Shown: one piece after another, positions 10,090 to 18,266 of the stretch
Position numbering within the stretch: position 1 is the stretch's first letter
Layout: every line of letters starts with the position of its first letter
Assembly (NCBI GenBank): GCA_002410925.1
Contig: DHPR01000012.1
Span: 208,643-272,642 of the forward strand
Direction of reading: 5' to 3'
Source of the DNA: a bacterium UBP13_UBA5359
Lineage (GTDB): Bacteria; UBP13; UBA5359
Length of the DNA: 64,000 nt
The notes under the pieces: generated by a model
What the model saw: the letters and a program-made list of their open reading frames with translations, nothing else
Told to the model about the DNA's origin: nothing
The model's database searches: none
Made by a program: the position numbers and the translations under genes

Positions 10090-10480
10090 TGTTTAGTGCA
10101 AAATAAAAAGGGACAAAGTTACAAAGAGAATTCCCCACTTTTGCAACGATAAAATCCTCACAAATGCAAAAGCCATTGCAGGCACCAGAATTAATCACTA
10201 TCCTTGTAGTTGAAAGACTTCAGGAGGTGAAAAAGGAGAATGCTTACAATGGCATAAGCTTGATCTGCTTATCTGCGATGAGTGGGGCTATATTCCATTG
10301 AAGAGAGACGGTTCCCAACTGCTGTTTGAGGTAATCTCAGACTGCTATGAAAGACATAGCGTCATCATTACCACCAACCTGGAGTTCAGCAAATGGGTCA
10401 ACATCTTCTATGATGCCCAGATGACCGCCGCCCTGATTGACAGGCTGGTGCATCACAGCCATCTGCTGACATTCCACTAA
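10090..10480 (+). mobile_element. istB: Internally deleted IS21-family element (left end + istA start + istB 3' remnant)
   Basis: TGTTTAGTGCAA start with reiterated subterminal motifs; RBS + MLTMA* at 10240; then KLDLLICDEWGYIP...SVIITTNLEFSKW...AALIDRLVHHSH (IstB Walker B region and C-terminus). Confidence 0.85.
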
Positions 10481-10515
10481 GGCCGTATCTCGCTCCCCAA
10501 GCGAGATACGGCCTT
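10479..10515. repeat. Perfect 16-bp-stem hairpin at the istB truncation point
   Basis: aaggccgtatctcgct-cccca-agcgagatacggcctt. Confidence 0.8.
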
Positions 10516-10608
10516 GCTTCCCTTCGCTTTCCTGCCAAAGTCATGTTTTTAGGGGTGCTTGCAATGGAGTTTCCCTTTTTATGCAGGGTTTTTTAAGTTC
10601 CGGAACGC

Positions 10609-10969
10609 TAGGTTTTCATTGTACCAAAAACAACCAACTCACCGTCCTTTTCAAGTTTAGGGACGATAGTAGGCATAAAAGGAGCCAGGCACTTACCGCA
10701 GCAGTAGCCACAGACAGCCCAGACCTTGCGCAGTAGATCGATGATATCGGGGTATATACTCTGGGCTTGGTCTTTCTGCGAATAGCAGAGGATCTCTTGC
10801 GAGCAGATTTAGGATCTTTACGAAGGACGTAAGCAGCATAGGAACGATTATATCCTGTGAGATGGATAAAGCCGTCCAGAATAGCCTTCTTATCCCTTTC
10901 GGAGGCACGCTTGTATTCAGCTCTGGTTTCTCTGGTAACGGCTTTACGTTCTTTCATGGTAAATGCCAT
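10609..10969 (-). pseudogene. Transposase N-terminal remnant (rve/integrase-core DDE type), frameshifted and truncated
   Basis: TMKERKAVTRE...YKRAS..KKAILDGF...TGYNRSYA; after a frameshift near 10752 continues DLLRKVWAVCGYCCGKCLAPFMP...LEKDGEL; catalytic core absent. Confidence 0.8.
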
Positions 10970-11262
10970 AGCTAACCTCCAGATTGCAGATTGTTCTACT
11001 TTACTTATACTAAGTAAGCCCTCGATCCGGAGAGTATTTCAAGTAGATTTTTCATATGAGGCGATGCTATTTCGAGTAGATTTTTAATGAGGCAATTCGC
11101 TCCTTCATAACCGGCCATACTGCTTACCTCTATTTTAGCTGCTCTTCGTTACTTTCAATTCCTCTGCGAAAGATTTTTGTTAGCTGAGAGGAAAAAAAGA
11201 GATTATGGAGAATATTACAAGGGAGGCTCTGGTCTGACCATAAGACCAAAGGAGTAAAGAAT

Positions 11263-12327
11263 ATGAAGCTGCAAATTCTAACTATCAGGAAGGCTACAGT
11301 GGAATACCCCAGACATTCAGAAGCTTCCATAGTAGAGCTACCAAATGGCAGACTGCTTATGGCTTGGCAGGAGTATACCAAAAGTGAGCTTGGTGGAGCA
11401 GATCAGGCTCCCAATCGTATTGCAGCCATGGTATCAACAGATGGGGGCTTGAGTTGGAGAGAGCATAGAGTTTTGGTGGAGCCAGAAAGTGGAGATGTGA
11501 ACGTCTATAGCCCTAGTTTCCTGTATTTGCCCAATGGCGAATTATTGCTTTTCACTTTTCGCTATCAGGTTTTAGAGTTAGGTAAACAGCCCCAAACAAC
11601 AGCTACTATCAGAAGATCAATCGATCATGGACAAACTTTCGCACAACCTCAGTTTGTCTGGATAAACAAGCCCTATGGCTGTGCCAGTTCCGTGCTGAAG
11701 TTGCTTTCGGGAGGCAGAATTATCATTCCTGTCACCAAACAGACAGGGGCCACTAGGAGCAAGACGGACCATGGCCTTGCAGGCAGTATCTATAGTGATG
11801 ATAGGGGAGCAACCTGGCATGAATGTGAAACTTGGGCAGATCTTCCCCTGCGGGGTGCCATGGAGCCCCATCTTGAAGAGCTTGTGGATGGCAAGCTCTT
11901 GATGGTGATGCGCACCCAGCTAGGCTCTATTTTTAAATCGTATTCTCAAGATCAGGGAGCTACCTGGTCTTTGGCGCAAACTACAGGACTCATGTCACCA
12001 GAATCATGCCCAGAGCTTGTGCGCATACCGCAAACTAGGGAGTTGATGATTGTCTGGAATAATAGTCCCTATAATCCTAGTTGGGCAAGCCACTATGGGA
12101 AAAGAACCCCTTTGAGTATAGCTAGATCCCAAGATGAGGGGGAAACCTGGATTGATTTTCGGAAGATTGAGAATCACCCGTCTTTGGCCTATAGTAATCC
12201 TGCGTGCACTTTCCTTGAGAGTGGAAAAGGCATTTTAACATATTGGGTAGCACGTTATAAGGAAAGCGGCTATATGGATAATAGCTTATTAGATCTGAAG
12301 GCAGCGATTTTTGGGCCAAAATGGTAG
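11263..12327 (+). CDS. BNR/Asp-box (sialidase-like, GH33-related) protein, no signal peptide
   Basis: Asp boxes STDGGLSW, SIDHGQTF, SDDRGATW, SQDQGATW, SQDEGETW; RHSEA, GAMEP, RTPL motifs. Confidence 0.88.
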   Translation: MKLQILTIRKATVEYPRHSEASIVELPNGRLLMAWQEYTKSELGGADQAPNRIAAMVSTDGGLSWREHRVLVEPESGDVNVYSPSFLYLPNGELLLFTFRYQVLELGKQPQTTATIRRSIDHGQTFAQPQFVWINKPYGCASSVLKLLSGGRIIIPVTKQTGATRSKTDHGLAGSIYSDDRGATWHECETWADLPLRGAMEPHLEELVDGKLLMVMRTQLGSIFKSYSQDQGATWSLAQTTGLMSPESCPELVRIPQTRELMIVWNNSPYNPSWASHYGKRTPLSIARSQDEGETWIDFRKIENHPSLAYSNPACTFLESGKGILTYWVARYKESGYMDNSLLDLKAAIFGPKW

Positions 12328-12343
12328 CGAGGAGACAAGAGAA

Positions 12344-12682
12344 ATGAAATTTCCCAAGGTTGTGTTGGAACTCAATCCTACCGAACAAAATCCCAGAAAG
12401 TCTGAAGGTAACATGATTGAGCTTGAGAACGGGCGGCTGTTGTTTGCCTACAGTCACTTCTACGGTGGCGCTGCTGATGGACGTTTAATAATAGTGTGCG
12501 ATCAGATTTTCAGAAAAGAAGGTCAAGAATATCGAATCGAAAGAAACTTTCTTTGGTTCAGTTCAGATGAGGGCACAACTGATGAGGAAGTTAAAGGGAT
12601 AAGCCACTTAATTTCACGCCTTGAAGAAATAGAACCTGGCAGGTTCAACTCTCCTGGGAGGGAATTGATTTGGCGGAGATGA
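12344..12682 (+). pseudogene. Truncated/chimeric BNR sialidase-like gene
   Basis: N-terminus NPRKSEGNMIELENGRLLFAYSHFYGG parallels the 17077-18216 protein (NPRNSEGSFVALADERILFAYTHYY), then diverges; one Asp-box remnant SSDEGTT; only ~112 aa. Confidence 0.65.
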
Positions 12683-12691
12683 GATTCACAG

Positions 12692-12723
12692 ATGTTTATA
12701 GGTTGGAGGTGGCATTTGAAAAA
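12692..12723 (+). repeat. Direct repeat copy A flanking aldolase cassette
   Basis: atgtttatag-N7-gtggcatttgaaaaa; recurs at 15236-15271. Confidence 0.65.
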
Positions 12724-12755
12724 TCTCGACTGTTTGATTTTAGAGCCTAAAGGAG

Positions 12756-13205
12756 GTGGAAGCTTTGATCTCCTGCACAGAGTTTATCCTCGCGTACAAT
12801 GAACTTTTCAACTACTTATATGAGAAAGATGGGATGGCTGCCCTAGAGGAATTTTGGCGTACCATCTCTGACCAATATCTGGCCGGTTTAGATCAATTGG
12901 TAAGGGAGAAGGGAATAAGGGGTATGGAGGAATATTGGGGTAGGACACTGGAGGAAGAAGCTGCAGGCTATACCATAACATCAAGCGAATCTAGATTCAC
13001 GATCAATATGTACAAGTGTCCTTCTGTGGGATTGCTCAATAGAAAAGGAGTGGAAAAGTGCCCTCATTACTGTGATCATTGTGATGCATTATATAGACCT
13101 ATTATGGAAAGATACGGTTTCAGCTATAAAATTGAATACATAGATCGGAGCAGGGGAAGCTGTCGGGTAACGATTGAACCTGAGGAGGATAGAACTAATG
13201 TTTAA
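12756..13205 (+). CDS. Small Cys/His-motif protein (V4R/ATC-hydrolase-like fold suspected); paralog of 14799-15224
   Basis: EEYWGR, KCPS, YCDHC, GSCR; RBS AAGGAGGT suggests TTG 12765 as the true start. Confidence 0.75.
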   Translation: MEALISCTEFILAYNELFNYLYEKDGMAALEEFWRTISDQYLAGLDQLVREKGIRGMEEYWGRTLEEEAAGYTITSSESRFTINMYKCPSVGLLNRKGVEKCPHYCDHCDALYRPIMERYGFSYKIEYIDRSRGSCRVTIEPEEDRTNV

Positions 13206-14112
13206 ACTTGAAGGGATAATTCCACCTATGGTCACCCCTCTAGACAGCCACAGGAAGGTTGACGAAAACTCCACTCGCAGGTTAGTTAATTTTATGCTAG
13301 AGTCAGGTGTAGAAGGATTATTTCTTCTGGGCACCATGGGAGAAGGACTGGCCTTGGCAACAGAAGAGAAGTTTCGACTAGTGGAAATTGTGATCGCTGA
13401 GGTTAGGGGCAGATGCCCTGTGATCGCTGGGGCCAGCGATCCATCCTTGGAGCAAACTTTGGCCAATGCCAGGCAGTTGGAACGCCTGGGCGTGGACGCA
13501 CTGGTTATCTTGCAGCCACCTTTTTTCAGGCTTCTTTCTGGACAGGATATTGAGCAATTTTTTCTTGCGATTGCAGACTTCACCACAAAGCCTATGGTGA
13601 TCTATAACAACCCCTGTCTTACTGGCAACAGAATCCCTTTGGAAATCATGGAAAAGTTAATGGCTAATCCCAAGTTTGCCGGAGTTAAGGATTCATCAGG
13701 CGATTTTGATTACTTAACGTCTCTGCTAGCGCTTAAGAATAAAATAAGAAAAGACTTCGGCCTCATGCAGGGCAACGAAACAGCATTAGCCCCTGCTCTT
13801 TTGGTGGGCGCTGACGGGATAGTGCCCGGTATCGGATCATTGGCAACGAGATTTGTGAAAAGGCTTTATACTGCCGCTCGAGCAGGGGAGAGAGAGCAGG
13901 CATTGGCTCTTCAGCTAGAATTGAATCAGTTGTTTGGCGGTATCTACGGCCCTAATGTTTCAGACTGGCTCAGTGGCCATAAGGAGGCGCTTGCTTATTT
14001 GGGAATAGTGGATAATCCAGCCACTGTCTATTATCAGCCTCTATCAGAGGAGAAAAGAGCCAGGGTGCATTTTGCAGTTGAACGATGGCGAAGTTATTTA
14101 TTGGAGGTGTGA
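13198..14112 (+). CDS. Dihydrodipicolinate synthase/N-acetylneuraminate lyase family class I aldolase
   Basis: GIIPPMVTP, LGTMGE, IYNNP, GVKDSSGD (Schiff-base Lys), GADG; RBS GAGGAGG before ATG 13198. Confidence 0.92.
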   Translation: MFKLEGIIPPMVTPLDSHRKVDENSTRRLVNFMLESGVEGLFLLGTMGEGLALATEEKFRLVEIVIAEVRGRCPVIAGASDPSLEQTLANARQLERLGVDALVILQPPFFRLLSGQDIEQFFLAIADFTTKPMVIYNNPCLTGNRIPLEIMEKLMANPKFAGVKDSSGDFDYLTSLLALKNKIRKDFGLMQGNETALAPALLVGADGIVPGIGSLATRFVKRLYTAARAGEREQALALQLELNQLFGGIYGPNVSDWLSGHKEALAYLGIVDNPATVYYQPLSEEKRARVHFAVERWRSYLLEV

Positions 14113-14115
14113 GGG

Positions 14116-14802
14116 TTGAGGCAATTGAAACATGCCAACTTATATGAACAAATTGCAGATGAGATCCGCAATTATATCATCCAGAATCAGATCAAGCCCG
14201 GAGAGCGGCTGCCTACAGAACGAGAGCTAGCGCAGATGCTAGGTGTGAGTAGAACCTCTGTGCGGGAGGGGATCAGGCTTTTGGAGACATTTCAATTTCT
14301 TGAGGTCAGGTCCAAGCGTGGGATCACAGTGAAGAAGCTGGAGCTGAGTCCTCTTATAGAGCAGATTTCCCATCGTATTCTTCTTGAGAAAAACAGGTTT
14401 AGAGATTTAGTTGAGACCAGGCGCTGTATTGAGCTGGAAATGGTGAAGTTGGCAGCTTGTCGCGCTACAGAAGAAGATCTTGAGAAACTAGAGCAAATCA
14501 TATTGCTGATGGAACAGAAAGCAGCAAAGGGTGAAAACTTCAAGGAGGAAGATTTGCGCTTTCATAGAATTATCTTTGCTGCTGCAAAAAATAGCGTCTT
14601 ACATGGCTTTCAAACAGCTCTAGTGGAGTTTTTCAATGCTATCCAAGAGAAGAAGAGGCCTGTTGAACTGAAAAGTAAGACTCTAAGAGAACATAAATTG
14701 ATCTATCAGGCTATCCACGCGCACGATCCCCAGGCTGCATATGAGGTAATGGTCAAGCACTTGGAACCATACGATAGCTATCTAGAGGAGAAGGATAGAT
14801 GA
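14116..14802 (+). CDS. FadR-subfamily GntR regulator
   Basis: LPTERELAQMLGVSRTSVRE; FCD domain DLRFH...AAKN, EHKLIYQAI. Confidence 0.93.
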   Translation: MRQLKHANLYEQIADEIRNYIIQNQIKPGERLPTERELAQMLGVSRTSVREGIRLLETFQFLEVRSKRGITVKKLELSPLIEQISHRILLEKNRFRDLVETRRCIELEMVKLAACRATEEDLEKLEQIILLMEQKAAKGENFKEEDLRFHRIIFAAAKNSVLHGFQTALVEFFNAIQEKKRPVELKSKTLREHKLIYQAIHAHDPQAAYEVMVKHLEPYDSYLEEKDR

Positions 14803-15224
14803 GAGCGTATTTGCATCGAGACTTTCATGGAGCGTTAAGTATTGGTTTTCAGTATGTAAAAGAAAGATACGGTCTTGAAGCTCTTTATGAATATTGGCGC
14901 AGGATAGCTATCAATTGTTATGAACCATTAATAGATAAGCTTAGCAATCAAGGTTTAGAGGCTCTAGAAGAGCATTGGGGAAGAGTTTTTGGCCTTGAAG
15001 GTGGAGAGTATAAGTTATTCTACAGAGGAGATACATTAATTTTGGAAGTAGGCAGATGTCCTGCAATTGCACATCTGCAAAGAAAGGGATTTCCTATTGC
15101 AGAGGACTTTTGTGAGCATACTGTATTTATCAATAGAGAGCTTTGCAGGCAGGCTGGATTTGAAACTCACTGTACTTTTGAACAAGCCAAGGGTATATGT
15201 AGACAAGAGTTTTGGGCGATATAG
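14799..15224 (+). CDS. Small Cys/His-motif protein; paralog of 12756-13205
   Basis: EEHWGR, RCPA, FCEH, GICR; ATGA overlap with the GntR gene. Confidence 0.75.
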   Translation: MRAYLHRDFHGALSIGFQYVKERYGLEALYEYWRRIAINCYEPLIDKLSNQGLEALEEHWGRVFGLEGGEYKLFYRGDTLILEVGRCPAIAHLQRKGFPIAEDFCEHTVFINRELCRQAGFETHCTFEQAKGICRQEFWAI

Positions 15225-15235
15225 GCTTAAACTAC

Positions 15236-15271
15236 ATGTTTATAGTATTTGAAAAAGTGGCATTTGAAAAA
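15236..15271 (+). repeat. Direct repeat copy B flanking aldolase cassette
   Basis: atgtttatag-N11-gtggcatttgaaaaa. Confidence 0.65.
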
Positions 15272-15869
15272 GTAAATATGCGTTTGCATGAGTAAATGCA
15301 TCCCAAGTTTGGTTTATGCCGGCAATATAGCAAAACTAGGGAATTTGGGCTTGCAAAAAACAATTTTTCCGATAACGGCTCCTCGGGCAGTGTTGCCGGC
15401 AGTAGCTTGTTCCCTGCTCCCTGCTCTCTTCGGTGCCGTCGATATCTCCATCGTTATCGGCATCTGTATTGTTCCTGGCCACATAAATGGCCGGACTATG
15501 GGTGACTTCTCCAGGGGATTGACGCCCTATATGCAAAATATAAACTACTGGCCTCATTTCATTAGATACGGTCATTTAGCATAGTCAATTTGCGAGCAAA
15601 CGGTCATATCATCTGAGCAGTTTCAGGCCGTTCTTGGATGGCACAAACAGTTGGCGGCGCTGATAGAATGCTTTGTCAGCGGATTTTTTCGGTCAAAGTG
15701 ACAGAGAAAATTATCCGCCGTTTTTTGGGGTTTTTGCTTGGCGAAATACACTATAATTAAGAGTGGCCTGCCCATGTCATTGCAGGCATGGCACCTCTAT
15801 GATTGCATCCCCAAACCGTACCAGCATGGCATCATATTTTGATATAAACCTATGGTATAACGCTGTCTC

Positions 15870-16982
15870 TTAGAGCGTTACCTGCAACCTATGTAGAAGG
15901 ATGCGGCCCTGTCCGTCCTCTATGCTCCAATGCGTCAATAAAAATTCAGATTCCGATAATCGCAACAGGGATGGTTGTCCAAATTTTAGAGTCTTAAATA
16001 CTGATGAAAGTCTTCCTGCTACATCCGAGCTATCGCCACCCCATACCTTTTTTTCATATATTACCTGCCATTTCTCGTAGCTCAGATCTACCAATCTCAC
16101 AAAAAGGCCGGTATCTGCTTCTCCACGATGGGCATGGACTGTAAGTAATTGACTGCCGCCAAGCCAAATCAGGTTTGATGCCTGTGCTTCAATATGAGTA
16201 TCGATGGGCTGCGACCATGTATATCCATTGTCATGGGAAATGGTGAAGTGGTTGTTTAGGCTGATCCCCTTGTATTGATTATATGCCCAGGCAAGTGCAA
16301 CTATATTGCCATCACTCATCTCGCAAAGCCTTGATTCAAACGGCGTAACGGATCTATCTATGGTTTCAAAGAATGAAACGCTGTCGTCCCAACTACGGCC
16401 TCCATCTGCGCTTCGCAAGAGTATGCCGAGTTGCCCGGATGGCAGCGTTCCATCCCACATTGAGAATAATCCGCCCGATGCAAGTAAATCTCCGTTTTTC
16501 AACTGTATACATGGCCCGGATACTTCTATAAGCTCTGCGCGCGTCCGGGGTACCACGCCAGGTACGCTCCATGTTCTTCCGTCATCATTAGAGAACGATG
16601 TTATTATGTCTCCAGATAAAATACCGTTTGTTTCTGGATTACCAATTGCATATTCAGGATTGATTCTATAGAATATGTATCCCATAGCAATTATTTTCCC
16701 ATCGTTGAGCACCGTAGGTTTTAGAAATATTGATACGGGAGAATCAAATGCATCTCTACTGCATAACGGCCCCTGCAACTGCCAGGTCTTTCCATTGTCT
16801 ATTGAACGGGAAATATATGTAGTAAGATCAACAGATTCAAATGCTTCTCCTATAGCAAAAAGTGCTATTAACTCCTTGTTTTGCAGTTGCTCTATTCCCG
16901 GAAAATAACCATGGCGGCTACGAAGATGTTGTATTGGATTATCAAAGACTATACTTCTATTTAGAACATCTATTTTAGGCAT
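15870..16982 (-). CDS. BNR/Asp-box sialidase-like protein, no signal peptide
   Basis: SIDNGKTW, SNDDGRTW, SADGGRSW, SHDNGYTW. Confidence 0.85.
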   Translation of the reverse strand: MPKIDVLNRSIVFDNPIQHLRSRHGYFPGIEQLQNKELIALFAIGEAFESVDLTTYISRSIDNGKTWQLQGPLCSRDAFDSPVSIFLKPTVLNDGKIIAMGYIFYRINPEYAIGNPETNGILSGDIITSFSNDDGRTWSVPGVVPRTRAELIEVSGPCIQLKNGDLLASGGLFSMWDGTLPSGQLGILLRSADGGRSWDDSVSFFETIDRSVTPFESRLCEMSDGNIVALAWAYNQYKGISLNNHFTISHDNGYTWSQPIDTHIEAQASNLIWLGGSQLLTVHAHRGEADTGLFVRLVDLSYEKWQVIYEKKVWGGDSSDVAGRLSSVFKTLKFGQPSLLRLSESEFLLTHWSIEDGQGRILLHRLQVTL

Positions 16983-17076
16983 TTCGATTCACCAATCATA
17001 TCGTCGAATTAATCCCCACTGCTGTAAAATTCCGGTAGCAGAGAGCCTTTTCATATGAGAACAGGTAAGCTGTGTT

Positions 17077-18216
17077 TTAGTCGCCATACAGCCATTGCAG
17101 CTCAATTCGTCGGATACACATATCCTGCAGAACACAAACATCTTTGCCGCCGCCGCAACAGTAGGCCAGCAGCACCGCATCTTCTACAAAATGTATTGTC
17201 GTGTAGCAGAATCCGCGCTCTGGGTCTGTTTCAATAAGCTTGCCATGCGCCCATGTGGCACCTTCATCCTCGCTTATGGCGGCTACCAGCGGTGTTCTGC
17301 CCCAGGTAGGTACATCCATTCGCAAGGATGCCGGCGCCAGCTTTCCGCTCCAGTCGTTCCAGACTGCCAGCAGGTGCCCGGTAGAGGGCATGCGTTTGAT
17401 GCTGAGTGGCGAGCAAGGAGATATGAATCCCGATGGAGACGGTGGAGTCCAGGTATCTCCGCCATCACTGGAATACAGCTCATACTGGCACCCATTACTG
17501 GTACGGCAGTATGCATAGAGTTGCCCATTCTTCAATTCCACTACGCCCGGCTCCTGCAGACCGGAATCGCTACGTACCGGCATAGCCCACCAATCACGTG
17601 ATTCCCGCCACGTGACTCCGCCATCATCCGAGATGAAGAAGATGGCTATGCCACGCCCATCCACGGCCAAGTATGGGTTCTGTTTACACTCGGCAAGAGG
17701 TAACTTGCTACGGTGATAGGCTGCCGGAATTACCAGCCGCCCGCCGGATAGTTGAATAACACGATCATTATTTACAACAAAATATCCCGGCGCAGGGATA
17801 CATAACCGGGGCTGGCTCCAGGAACCTCCTTCGTCATCAGAGGTCCGCATCCAAAGGTTGCAATCTGAGAGGCTGTTCTTTTTTAAATACCATAGGCCTA
17901 TGCGCCCGTCCTGTAATCGCAAGAGTGATACGCTCATGACATTACAGCCGCCATCATTCTTCACTAATACCTCATCATCCGTCCAGGTGTGCCCCCCATC
18001 CGAAGAGTATCGAGCGCAGATGTGTGCTGGAGCTGTATCATCCCAATTATCTCCATCATAATAATGGGTATATGCAAAGAGGATTCGCTCATCGGCCAGT
18101 GCAACAAATGAGCCCTCCGAATTACGCGGATTGTTTTTTCTATGCATAAACGACAGAACGATTCCATTGTCCCCTTTATTGTTAATGTTGCACTGTGCCG
18201 CTTGATCCATCGCCAT
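17077..18216 (-). CDS. BNR/Asp-box sialidase-like protein, no signal peptide
   Basis: RNSEG, SSDGGHTW, SDDEGGSW, SDDGGVTW, GLQEPG, SSDGGDTW, RTPL, SEDEGATW. Confidence 0.9.
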   Translation of the reverse strand: MAMDQAAQCNINNKGDNGIVLSFMHRKNNPRNSEGSFVALADERILFAYTHYYDGDNWDDTAPAHICARYSSDGGHTWTDDEVLVKNDGGCNVMSVSLLRLQDGRIGLWYLKKNSLSDCNLWMRTSDDEGGSWSQPRLCIPAPGYFVVNNDRVIQLSGGRLVIPAAYHRSKLPLAECKQNPYLAVDGRGIAIFFISDDGGVTWRESRDWWAMPVRSDSGLQEPGVVELKNGQLYAYCRTSNGCQYELYSSDGGDTWTPPSPSGFISPCSPLSIKRMPSTGHLLAVWNDWSGKLAPASLRMDVPTWGRTPLVAAISEDEGATWAHGKLIETDPERGFCYTTIHFVEDAVLLAYCCGGGKDVCVLQDMCIRRIELQWLYGD

Positions 18217-18266
18217 TATCTTTATCCTTTCCGTAACCTTTTATGGAATATTAAATATCCCTGATC

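Larger units (their letters stand above)
8879..11109 (-). mobile_element. Decayed transposon/IS (rve-type DDE transposase remnant) with multi-copy terminal inverted repeats and cargo
   Basis: Left copies tgcctcattaaaaaatctattcaa (8895) and tacctcacgtaaaaatctactcgaa (8931) are inverted counterparts of right copies at 11035-11066 and 11068-11098; left end begins TGT; transposase remnant at 10609-10969. Confidence 0.7.

Noticed and set aside
10088-10198. Cys-rich N-terminus of ORF 9854-10198
   Set aside because: It is the antisense reading of the IS21 left end, not protein sequence
15288-15584. Overlapping short ORFs, one with DADNDGDIDG (EF-hand/dockerin-like)
   Set aside because: No RBS, signal peptide or second repeat; may be gene debris but cannot be supported
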